Made by a program: the position numbers and the translations under genes
Notes under the pieces: generated by a model
What the model saw: the letters and a program-made list of their open reading frames with translations, nothing else
Databases searched by the model: none
Told to the model about the DNA's origin: nothing
Assembly: GCA_043803945.1 (NCBI GenBank)
Contig: JAZDJN010000081.1
Span: 1-23,714, forward strand
DNA: 23,714 nucleotides
Reading direction: 5' to 3'
Origin: a bacterium
GTDB lineage: Bacteria > Bacteroidota > Ignavibacteria > UBA10030
In this document: piece by piece, positions 1 through 9,219 of the stretch
Numbering within the stretch: the stretch's first letter is position 1
Layout: each line of letters begins with the position of its first letter

Positions 1-184
1 GTGCAATATACAACATCATCATGGGGCTCCGCAAGGGGGTAGGTTTTCACTACATGAGCTTTTCTGTCATAATAAGTGAAAGCAGAGCTCAATGACCAAA
101 AAATATTTTTTTAGACCATACGACTGTCGAACTTGGGCTAGGGAACACAGAAATATCTAATCTTGGCGTATCGTGTAAGGATAA

Positions 185-526
185 TCATAGGGCAGACTGA
201 TGGTTCTCCTTAACATTAGTTAAAGCAGGATGACTGGTACTATTTTCCTTCATTTCGTTGGCATAGGCGTAAGCTTGTTGTCTATTGGTAAACCAATCGG
301 ACGAAATACGCTTTTTGAACCAAAAGATTTTTCTCCAGCGCCTGACGATCCAAATACTGGGATCAGCGTCACGATGGAGAACTTTAATAATACAATTCCG
401 GATATTCGATATGACCGTACGGTTTTGCTGCCGATTTGCTGCCACCGACGATGCACTTCCGCTTGGTGCACTTGGAGGAGTCAGCACTTCTGCTTTCCCT
501 GTAGTTTTTCCATCTTGCGTATTCAT
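185..526 (-). CDS. Hypothetical protein (113 aa)
   Basis: ATG-started ORF, co-oriented with the minus-strand cluster, with purine-rich GAAAGG upstream. No recognised family. Confidence 0.55.
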   Translation of the reverse strand: MNTQDGKTTGKAEVLTPPSAPSGSASSVAANRQQNRTVISNIRNCIIKVLHRDADPSIWIVRRWRKIFWFKKRISSDWFTNRQQAYAYANEMKENSTSHPALTNVKENHQSAL

Positions 527-804
527 CTATTGCCTTTCATAAATATGAAATCTGGATTGCCGTTGAAAATAGAGATCTAAAGTTGTCCATCTCAGACAGA
601 GAGGCAGATCCGCAAACCTTTCAGTACGCCGGTGTGCCTTCTTTGTTAGAGACCCGCAATTTCTTCTGATGCTCGCGCTCATAGGCATTGACCCTCGATT
701 CCGGTGACACATCTTGGACGTGCTCGGAAAACGCTTGTTTTCCGCCAGTTCTTTTTTTGTTTGCGGGGTGCGAATTGAGTCTATAGCGAAATATATATTT
801 TGTT

Positions 805-2856
805 TTATTTTTTAGATAGAGTATCGAATGAAGTCGGCTTTTTCTCTATTTCCTCAAAAAGAAGATGAAAGAGGAATCGAAAACCGTGTACCGATTCGAA
901 CAGCCACACTTCGACCCACTTCAGCGGATTCCAGAGATGGCGATACCACCGCTTCCAGATACGTTGAATGTAGAATCTCGTGAAAGCACCGGCAAACGGA
1001 TTTCGTTTCTTGAACCAAAGATGCACCAACGAAGGCACTTTCAACTCCGGCATGTCAAGAGAAAGCTTTTCATAGAATGTAGCAAGTTCTTTCGTACTCA
1101 GATCCCGCCAATCAATGATATCCTGTTTCGTTTTTGAGATGAGATCATGAAGCGCCTCTTCGATGTTGCTCTTTGGCCGGCTTCGAAGCCATACTTCTTC
1201 GAGCTGGAAAAATAAACTTACCATATCCCATAATCGAATCGTGAGAACTTTCGTCCGATGCAACCAGAACGGGACAAATGCCTCCTGCGGGAGGTTAGCA
1301 CGGCGGTCAGTTCGGCGTCGTACGGTCCAGAAGCCGCAATTCATCGGATGCAAGCGTTCGATTCTGAATGAATAAAGGTACCACATGAAAAAAGATAACC
1401 GCTCTTTGTAAGAATAACGATCGCCTCTCCAAAGCTTCAGAACATCGACCATATGCTCGGTGGAATAGAATTGTTCCCATGCATTATGATACGCTTCCAT
1501 AAGCTCATCACAAGACATACGTTCCGGTTTTACTGCGACGTGGGCTGAATCATAGCTGTTGAAATCTTTGTCCAGCCAACGACCCTCGCGACACCACCGC
1601 TGGTGATCCTTTGAACCGGGAAGAGGTGCGAGAATGTAGAATGAAGCAGAATCGAACATCATCCGCTGAAGTTCTGAGATATCATGTTTGAGACTTTCCG
1701 GTGTATCGAACGGCAGTCCCAGGATATACCCCGCATGGCAAGCGATACCGAGCGAGTGGCAATGCTCAACAAGATTCTTGTACTCAGAGACCTGATTCTG
1801 AAACTTGTCCTGAGAACGGAGGTTCTCTCGGTTTACACTTTCCACACCGAAAAACACTTGATTGCAGCCTGCACGTGCAGCGAGTTCAAAGAAATCATTG
1901 CCGGGCATCTTCCGGGCTGCGAGATCGCTCTGCATCATAAAAGTGAACGGGATATTTTCTTCTTCGCGCATGCGGATGAGTTCGGAAAAAAGCTCTCGCC
2001 AGAGCGGGTTTCGTGCAGTGTTGTCGTCCGTGAAGAAAGAGTGCGAAACACCTGCCTCGCGATAACTCTGCCTCACAAATTCGACAACTTGTTTTGGATC
2101 CCGGTACCGCATAGTCCGGCCTTGTACGTTGATAATCGTACAAAAGTCGCAATTAAAGACACAGCCGCGCCCCGTATCAATAGTGGTAAATCGAGATGCG
2201 AAATTCTCGAATTCGTCTTTCGTGATATGAGGGATTGGAACGTCATGCAGCTTTGGTGTCGGATTAAGGAAATTATAGAGTGGCTGTGCCCTATCCCTGA
2301 GAACATCTTCTACGATCGCAGGTAATCGTCCTCCTTCAACCTCTCCGGCGACAAGCGTGATTCCTTTCGATATTGCACTCTTAAGATCTTCGGTAAGACC
2401 GATCATAGCCAGCATACCGCTTACATGGAAACCGCCGATTAATACAGAGATTCCATGCGGCAGAAACTTCGATGCAATATCCAGCGCACGGGGGTACTGG
2501 TTCGTTTGAACGCCAACGAGCATCACAATTGACTTCACTCCGGATACCTTTGAATGATGAACGATATCCTTCACAGGGATCCATTCAATTGCTTCATCAA
2601 TCTTTCGGATGTTGAGTGAGACTCCTCTGAAGAAAGGGAAGGTCATACAATCCTGTACGAGTGTACCAATCTGTGTCAGGGTGTTACTGCGGATAACGCC
2701 GATTCGTGTTTTGATCGGGTAACCGTCATCCGTATAGTTGGTGGGGCGAATGAGTGTTACGTCAAGTTCGCGTATTCCATACTCCGTAGCCGTTTGGAAA
2801 TCAGCGTGAGTATCCTCCAATCGCTTTAGCTCATCTACAGCAATGAGTCCTCGCAT
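805..2856 (-). CDS. Radical SAM protein with N-terminal B12-binding-like domain (class B-like)
   Basis: 683 aa ORF. CxxxCxxC motif (GRGCVFNCDFC), IGGFH and GEVE motifs of the B12-binding-like region, FTDDN, FFGVES, YILGLPFDT and PLPGS motifs typical of this family. Confidence 0.9.
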   Translation of the reverse strand: MRGLIAVDELKRLEDTHADFQTATEYGIRELDVTLIRPTNYTDDGYPIKTRIGVIRSNTLTQIGTLVQDCMTFPFFRGVSLNIRKIDEAIEWIPVKDIVHHSKVSGVKSIVMLVGVQTNQYPRALDIASKFLPHGISVLIGGFHVSGMLAMIGLTEDLKSAISKGITLVAGEVEGGRLPAIVEDVLRDRAQPLYNFLNPTPKLHDVPIPHITKDEFENFASRFTTIDTGRGCVFNCDFCTIINVQGRTMRYRDPKQVVEFVRQSYREAGVSHSFFTDDNTARNPLWRELFSELIRMREEENIPFTFMMQSDLAARKMPGNDFFELAARAGCNQVFFGVESVNRENLRSQDKFQNQVSEYKNLVEHCHSLGIACHAGYILGLPFDTPESLKHDISELQRMMFDSASFYILAPLPGSKDHQRWCREGRWLDKDFNSYDSAHVAVKPERMSCDELMEAYHNAWEQFYSTEHMVDVLKLWRGDRYSYKERLSFFMWYLYSFRIERLHPMNCGFWTVRRRTDRRANLPQEAFVPFWLHRTKVLTIRLWDMVSLFFQLEEVWLRSRPKSNIEEALHDLISKTKQDIIDWRDLSTKELATFYEKLSLDMPELKVPSLVHLWFKKRNPFAGAFTRFYIQRIWKRWYRHLWNPLKWVEVWLFESVHGFRFLFHLLFEEIEKKPTSFDTLSKK

Positions 2857-3125
2857 AGTTATTCCTTCTGAGAGTTCAGAATACTATTTCGTTTCCAACT
2901 TCTTCGGATAGTATTGCAGTATGCGGATTGAGTACAATGAATGAAACCATGATCTCTTTGCAGTCCTCATTCGCTTTCTCCTCCGTCATCCCGCCATAAC
3001 GATGTTGTCGGGCAGGACCGCCAGTGTGTCTCATCATCGTTGTCTGGTAGAGGCGAGACTGTATAGAAAGATTTCTGATGCAGGTGTAGATTGATCGACA
3101 AATACATTGATCTGCTCTCTGCAAA

Positions 3126-3434
3126 TCACTTCCTCTTCGTCGATACTCTTTTTATCTTCATCAGCCGTTTGCCCGCATTCTTCTTTTTTAAAACTTTCTG
3201 CAGTTTTATTAATTTTGTGTTGGCTTGCTTAAGTTGTGCAACGATAATTTTATATTCATCCGCCTGGTTTCTGGCATCATCTTTGGCATTTCCGTATTTC
3301 TCTTGGAGTCTTCCAACAAGCTCCTCGTACTTGCCCAGAATCGCCGACAGTTCATCGTTCATCATTTTTCCCCAATGATGCAGAGCTTGTCCCCTTTGCT
3401 GCTTCCATTGTCCTTCCAGACGATCCCAGTTCAC
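3126..3434 (-). CDS. CsbD family general stress protein with basic C-terminal extension
   Basis: N-terminus NWDRLEGQWKQ..G.....WGK...D.L....GK.EELVGRLQEKYG matches CsbD/YjbJ. GTG start with a strong SD (AAGGAGGA). Confidence 0.85.
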   Translation of the reverse strand: MNWDRLEGQWKQQRGQALHHWGKMMNDELSAILGKYEELVGRLQEKYGNAKDDARNQADEYKIIVAQLKQANTKLIKLQKVLKKKNAGKRLMKIKRVSTKRK

Positions 3435-3487
3435 AATGTATCCTCCTTATACTCCAAATCTAAAACTCTTCCATTAGTATTAAGATG

Positions 3488-4390
3488 CTACTTCGTATCG
3501 AGAATAATCGGCAGTCCATCTTTTCCGCTTCCAATGATAACAACTTTCGCATTGTTCGATTCAGCAATTTTCAACGTTGCTTCAATACCTTTCCAGCGCA
3601 GCAGTTGCTCGCTTATGCCAGCTGCTACAATCGTCTGGAAGTCGGCTATACCCTTTGCCTCAATGCGCTTGCGGTCCGCCTCTTGTTTTTCCTTTGTAAG
3701 AACAAACTCCATCCGCTGGCTTTCTTGGTCGGCACGCTGCTTTTGTTCAATTGCTTCGGTGAGTTGGACAGGGAGAGCGACATTTCGTATTGGAGTATTT
3801 TCAATAGTAACGCCACGAGCAGCAACTGCTCTCGCCAGCTCCTCTTGAATTGATGAGCCGAGCCGCTCCCGTTCGGTAGAATACAATGCACTTGCCTGAA
3901 AGCTTGCTGTGACTGCGCGACAGATGGAACGGAATTGGGGAATGAGAATAATAGTTTCGTAATCTCCACCAGCCACAGTTCTGTATACTCGAGCTGCAGA
4001 ATCAGCGTTGAGCCGGTACAGTGCGCTTACTTCCAATCCGATCGTGAGCCCTTCGCGTGAGAGCACTTGCATCGATTCCTTATGCTCTTTCGTCTGAATG
4101 GAATATTGAATAACACGTGCAAGCGGATTTACAAAATTGATACCGGATGGAAGAGTCTTCTCTGACACAATACCGAAGAAATCGACCACGCCAACGTGTC
4201 CTGCAGGGATCTGTGTAAAACATTGAAGCAATGCAGAAAACCCGAACACCAGAGCAGCGAAAGCGCTTGCCATGGCAGGAGTACGGAAAGCAAAGTTGTT
4301 TTGCTGCACTCGCCTTCTGGCGACGAACATCACCAGAATAGCTATAAGAGTAACAACTACTGATATGATGAATAGCATAATAATCTCCAT
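3488..4390 (-). CDS. SPFH/prohibitin (band 7) family membrane protein
   Basis: Two N-terminal hydrophobic segments, IPAGHVGVV, G.NFVNP, AIEQKQ.A.QE coiled coil, EA.RKRIEAKGIA, and a GKDGLPIIL C-terminus. Confidence 0.92.
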   Translation of the reverse strand: MEIIMLFIISVVVTLIAILVMFVARRRVQQNNFAFRTPAMASAFAALVFGFSALLQCFTQIPAGHVGVVDFFGIVSEKTLPSGINFVNPLARVIQYSIQTKEHKESMQVLSREGLTIGLEVSALYRLNADSAARVYRTVAGGDYETIILIPQFRSICRAVTASFQASALYSTERERLGSSIQEELARAVAARGVTIENTPIRNVALPVQLTEAIEQKQRADQESQRMEFVLTKEKQEADRKRIEAKGIADFQTIVAAGISEQLLRWKGIEATLKIAESNNAKVVIIGSGKDGLPIILDTK

Positions 4391-4772
4391 AGTGAATGAT
4401 TATGTACGACTATTGTATCGAGCGGCAACTGCCAACTCATGTTCTTCCTCTTGTTTGAAAGAAAGATTATTCTAGCGACTTCTGAGAATGAAATACTTCT
4501 CTGTCTCTGTGAACGTGAAAATAATACCGATAATTTATTTAATGGGGAATCGCCCGAAAGGATGAAAAAAGGATTAATTCTTTTTGAAGCGGATAGATAA
4601 TACTGGAGCACATAACGTTCCCTCCGAACCAAACAAAGAGGGGAGTAAAAGAACACACATTCCTTTTCTTGAACTCGAACCGTTGACTCTTGTATGTCAG
4701 AGAGCAATAACGGGACTGTAACGGCCGAATAGAGTAGATAGTACGTTCGTGGAAAGAGGAGTTCGGCGGGAT

Positions 4773-5423
4773 CTAAGAATTTTCTTCGTGGATAAACTTC
4801 GCTATCTGTAAACGGCTGTGCAGTGCTAATTTTTCCATGATGTTATGCACATGGCTTTTCACGGTGTGAGTAGCAATATTGAGTTGCTGGGCAATTTCCT
4901 TGTTGCTCAGGCCATCTGCAATCAGCACAATAATTTCACGTTCGCGTTTCGTCATCCGAACGGCACTGGCCAATGTTCCTTTCTTCTTCTTGAGAGCAAG
5001 CTCAATAACATGAGAAAAAAGTGAACCGGCCAGAGAGGGTGGAAGGACTTTTGCTCCTTGTGCAACAGAACGTATTGTTCCGAGAAATTCCTTTACTGTA
5101 GCGTCTTTCAAAATGAAGCCCGATGCCCCTGCCTCTACAAACTCAACGATGTCTGATTGTGACGGGATAAAACCCATTCCTATCACTTTCGATTCAGGTA
5201 TTTTTTCCCTTATTGATTCTACGACCGACGACTCTTTGAAATATTTCAGACCCAGGTCCATAAGAATCACATGTGGTTTTGTCTGGATTGCTTTCAGCAG
5301 AACATTATTACCGCTTCCTATGGTAGCTACCACGCGCATATCCGCTTGTGCATTGAGCATTGCAGCAATACCCTCGCGCAAGACGCGATTATCTTCAATG
5401 ATAAGTATTCGGCTTTTTCTCAT
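4773..5423 (-). CDS. NarL/FixJ (LuxR-family) response regulator
   Basis: Receiver domain (ILIIEDN, ILMDL, GASGFILK) plus LuxR HTH (MTKREREIIVLIADGLSNKEIAQQLNIATHTVKSHVHNIMEKL). Confidence 0.95.
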   Translation of the reverse strand: MRKSRILIIEDNRVLREGIAAMLNAQADMRVVATIGSGNNVLLKAIQTKPHVILMDLGLKYFKESSVVESIREKIPESKVIGMGFIPSQSDIVEFVEAGASGFILKDATVKEFLGTIRSVAQGAKVLPPSLAGSLFSHVIELALKKKKGTLASAVRMTKREREIIVLIADGLSNKEIAQQLNIATHTVKSHVHNIMEKLALHSRLQIAKFIHEENS

Positions 5424-6174
5424 CGACTAGAGATCTAATTATTTCTATGAAACTGTTTAGGCATCATGTTTCGCTGTTAGCGTATTCAGTTCCTGCAGTG
5501 ACGACATAGACTTAAAGAAATCATTCTTCATTCCGCCTACGAATAGTACCCGCACAGGTAAAGATAAATAATGAGTTGAGTAAACACAACGGAGAGGCGG
5601 ATCTTTTATGGTTAAAAGCTCTCGATGAATTTCACTCGACTTTGAAGGAACTGCAAGGTGAACGAGGGTGGTTACAACTTTATAAGCTGCATAAAAAATT
5701 TTGTACATACCAATTAAATCAAGAACGAGGATTCGAGAAAGCAGCTATTCTACTTAGTTCTCACAGAAAAAGGATAGCCGCCAAAGCATAAAGTTACTAA
5801 GAGGTTCATATAATAGATAATTCAAAAAACTCAACATCCTTTCTGCCTTACCTGCACGCCTAAAGCGGTCTCAGATAGCAGGCGGGGAGTCTTTGTGGTA
5901 ATTATTTCATCGAGAACTACTTAGAAGTTGCACTATCCTTCCGGCCCGATCTGGAAGGAGGTTTCGGAGATGCTACCCCCGCTACATATTTGATGTCTGC
6001 GTTAAAGAGCGACTCTGCTTGAATTATTATTCTTCCCAATATTGACCATGTTCTGTCATCGGGGATTGAGCCATTATTGAAAAAATGGTGAACAGGAAAA
6101 ATCTTCATTCGCGATTTTAGAAGTGTGGAGCCACTATTCAGATGAGAAAATAAATCTTCCCGGTAAAATAAATC

Positions 6175-6219
6175 TTGACATCTACCTTCTTTTTTTTTAT
6201 CGTCGGTATGATGTCATAC
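6175..6219 (+). promoter_or_regulatory. Sigma70-type promoter of the TonB receptor operon with adjacent palindromic operator
   Basis: TTGACA (6175-6180), 17-bp spacer, TATCGT (6198-6203). Palindrome GTATGA-TG-TCATAC (6206-6219) lies over the predicted +1 region. Confidence 0.65.
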
Positions 6220-6431
6220 ATCTTATAAGGATTGATAACGATTTTTACTCCCGTTGGCGAACGAACCTTGCTAGGCAAATCCGTTGAAGGAAAAATCGAA
6301 GAAGCGATTGTAAAATAATTATCGATCCAATCCGTCGCTTAATGCCCAAGATAAAAACCGGTATTTATGCGGCGGCGGAGTGGCACACGAGAATTGCGAA
6401 GGCAATCATTTAACAAAAAGGAGGATTTTCC

Positions 6432-9203
6432 ATGAGGAAAGCAATTTTGCTCTCCTTTCTTCTTGCGTTCTCACTTTATGCTCAGAATAAGGGAAAGATC
6501 GCCGGCTATGTACGAGATGCAAAGACCAAAGAGGGGCTCCCCGGTGTGAATGTGGTACTGAAAGATACGCGTCTCGGAGCCATAACAGATATCGAAGGCG
6601 CATACTTCGTAATAAATATTCCACCCGGAATCTATGAAGTCACTGCCTCTATTATTGGATATCAAAAAGTTACCCAGGAGAATGTGCAGATCAGCAGCGA
6701 CCGGACAACGACGGTGAATTTCTCACTTCAGGAAGCGGCTCTTAATATTGTCAAAGAGGTTGTGGTGGTCGCGGAGCGGCCTGATGTCTCTCCCGAAAAA
6801 ACATCCACGAGCGATATTATTCGCGGCGAGCAAGCTTTGAGTTTACCCGGTACTCGCGATCTGACTGCGGTGATGTCACTCTCTCCTGACATCATCGATG
6901 GCCATTTCCGTGGCGGTCGTGAGGGAGAAGAACTCTATACGCTTGCTGGGATGGGAGTCGTCAACCCGCTCGATAATGCACTTGCAGTGGCACCAATTCT
7001 GAGTGCAGTGGAAGAGATTGAGGTGATCACCAGCGGCTTCAGTGCGAAATATGGAAACGCACAGTCTGGTGTTGTTAATATCTCGCTGAAGGAAGGCAGT
7101 AGAAACAAATGGCAGAGCCGCGCTGAGTTCCGATCGCGTATGCCGGCCTATAAACACTGGGGGGCGAATGTCTGGGATTCAAAAAATAATCCTTACCTCC
7201 AGTTGATGAATTCACCGGAAAAGATGAGATCGAACGAGGATAGCACAAGGCTCTTTCTTGCGAATTTCTTATCTCTTTCAAACTACAAAAACGATACAAC
7301 ACTTGCTTCACGTCTTGCTTATGCCATGTATACGCAGAATCGGCGAAATATCGGCGGGAGCTATAACAATACGTGGGATTATTCTGCGGAGGCAAATGTT
7401 GGCGGACCGCTTTCAAACGATGTCACTCTGTTTCTTGCAGGCCGTTTTGCAAATACCTGGCCTGTCATACCACCTCCGGAACCAGATGTCACCAGACAAT
7501 TGATAGCTAATCTCGCATTTTCCCTTGGCGATGGAATGTCGCTCCGGCTGAGCGGCGCTTTCTCAAATAACGACCGGCATGACTATCGGGCACTGGGATC
7601 GGCAACCAGCCTCGATTATCGCTATTGGATCTGGGACCGGGTGATGGGACTCAATAAGATCTCACAGGACAATTATACGTATGGTCTACGCTATACCTAT
7701 TCACCAACTCCAAACACATTCTATGAAGCCAAAGTCAGCGGACTGATGACAAGGGTACAGGAAGGTTCACCGGTTATTGCTACGGACAGGTTCAGAACGG
7801 ATGATGTTCTCGGCAATGCATTATGGCGTGTGCTCACAGGAGGTGATGGCTACCGGATTGGCTATATGGATTCAGGGACCCGCGACGAGAAGACCTTCAC
7901 CTTCTCAGTCGATGCCTCAATGACAAGCCAGGTAACGCGCTCACATCTGCTATTGGCAGGTATGCAATTTAATTCCTTCAATATCGATGTCAACAATCAG
8001 ACAGGCCGTGCGAATCCGGGTACGGCACACAACGAAATTTACATTGCCAAACCGATTGAGTGGTCTCTCTTCGTACAGGATAAAATGGAATTCCAGGGAA
8101 TGATTGCCAACATCGGACTCCGACTAGATGCCTACAATCAAAAAGTGGGGTATTATAAAAATGTATTCACACCACTTGAGGGTGCAGAGACCGAAAAGAC
8201 TCCAACGATCGGTCGTTTGCAGCCACGGATTGGAATTTCGTTCCCGGTTTCGACGATGACCGTGTTTCATATGAATTACGGATCCTTCCTGCAGCGTCCA
8301 TCGTTCCAATATACCATTGCGAAAAGTGTAAGCTTGACAGGCCGTATCCCTTCGTTAATCGGTAACCCTCAGTTGAAACCTCAGGATACCAAGAGTTATG
8401 ATGTTGGCCTGACACAAGGTTTTGGTAAGGGATTCACGCTCGACATCAGCAGTTATTATAAAGATGTCAGCAATCTGATTGAGCGTGTGTACTTCTATCC
8501 GGCCAAGGGTGCGTTGGAATTCTATGAAACATATATGAACCGTGATTATGCCGATATCAGAGGTTTTCGCATTTCCTTCAATCGACGATCCGGCATTCTC
8601 ACCGGCTCACTGAATTATAATTTCCAGGTTGCAACAGGCAAGAGCAGTACTCCCTTTGATGCTTCACCGATCATTCGTGAGAACACGAGCGCTTCCAGGA
8701 AAACCGATACCCCGGATCCTGAAGATATTCTTCTGGATTTTGATCGAACGCATAATGTGGTGCTGGTGCTTGGCGTCGAGACTCCTGTTGAGTTTGGTCC
8801 GCAAGTCTTTGGCGCTTTTCCGTTTGAACAGTTGAGCGTCTCCTCGAAATCGTTTATCCGAAGTGGCCGTCCCTATACTTCGGACCTCGATTTTGGAGAA
8901 CGCTTCAAGCGCAGAACTCCCTCGGAACAAAACACCGACTTAAAGATTTCGAAGCAGATCAAACACTTTTTCGGTGTCTCGGCAACGTTCTATGCTGAAG
9001 TATTTAACCTGTTTAATAGCAAGATCTATGAATACAATCCCGTTTTTAGAAATCCAATTAATCGAAATAAATTTGAATCTGACCAGGGTCAACTTCCCCT
9101 GTGGGTGAGTGAAGAAAACCAAATCTATACATGGGACATTTCCTATCTCCTTTACGACAATGCTCCACGGTCCATCTGGTTTGGTTTGGTAATAAACTTC
9201 TGA
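6432..9203 (+). CDS. TonB-dependent outer membrane receptor
   Basis: 923 aa. Signal peptide, carboxypeptidase-regulatory-like N-domain (GKIAGYVRDAKT.E.LPGVNV), plug motif (EEIEVITSGFSAKYGNAQSGVVNI), GNPQLKP, EVFNLFN and a C-terminal Phe. SD AGGAGG. Confidence 0.95.
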   Translation: MRKAILLSFLLAFSLYAQNKGKIAGYVRDAKTKEGLPGVNVVLKDTRLGAITDIEGAYFVINIPPGIYEVTASIIGYQKVTQENVQISSDRTTTVNFSLQEAALNIVKEVVVVAERPDVSPEKTSTSDIIRGEQALSLPGTRDLTAVMSLSPDIIDGHFRGGREGEELYTLAGMGVVNPLDNALAVAPILSAVEEIEVITSGFSAKYGNAQSGVVNISLKEGSRNKWQSRAEFRSRMPAYKHWGANVWDSKNNPYLQLMNSPEKMRSNEDSTRLFLANFLSLSNYKNDTTLASRLAYAMYTQNRRNIGGSYNNTWDYSAEANVGGPLSNDVTLFLAGRFANTWPVIPPPEPDVTRQLIANLAFSLGDGMSLRLSGAFSNNDRHDYRALGSATSLDYRYWIWDRVMGLNKISQDNYTYGLRYTYSPTPNTFYEAKVSGLMTRVQEGSPVIATDRFRTDDVLGNALWRVLTGGDGYRIGYMDSGTRDEKTFTFSVDASMTSQVTRSHLLLAGMQFNSFNIDVNNQTGRANPGTAHNEIYIAKPIEWSLFVQDKMEFQGMIANIGLRLDAYNQKVGYYKNVFTPLEGAETEKTPTIGRLQPRIGISFPVSTMTVFHMNYGSFLQRPSFQYTIAKSVSLTGRIPSLIGNPQLKPQDTKSYDVGLTQGFGKGFTLDISSYYKDVSNLIERVYFYPAKGALEFYETYMNRDYADIRGFRISFNRRSGILTGSLNYNFQVATGKSSTPFDASPIIRENTSASRKTDTPDPEDILLDFDRTHNVVLVLGVETPVEFGPQVFGAFPFEQLSVSSKSFIRSGRPYTSDLDFGERFKRRTPSEQNTDLKISKQIKHFFGVSATFYAEVFNLFNSKIYEYNPVFRNPINRNKFESDQGQLPLWVSEENQIYTWDISYLLYDNAPRSIWFGLVINF

Positions 9204-9219
9204 GAAGGCGAGAACCACT

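Noticed and set aside
1684-3853. Long plus-strand ORFs 1684-2325, 3225-3848, 3485-3853
   Set aside because: Antisense to the confidently assigned radical SAM, CsbD and SPFH genes.
570-5438. Identical 11-mer TAGAGATCTAA upstream of two minus-strand genes (570-580, 5428-5438)
   Set aside because: Many 11-mer matches are expected by chance in 23.7 kb, and the distances to the start codons differ.
5457-6108. Short ORFs 5457-5708(-), 5576-5791(+), 5917-6108(-)
   Set aside because: No recognisable motifs or convincing RBS. They may be gene remnants but cannot be supported.
6255-6390. Possible c-di-GMP-I riboswitch in the TBDR leader (GGCAAA...)
   Set aside because: The expected GAAA tetraloop stem and GACGCAAAGC motif are not present.
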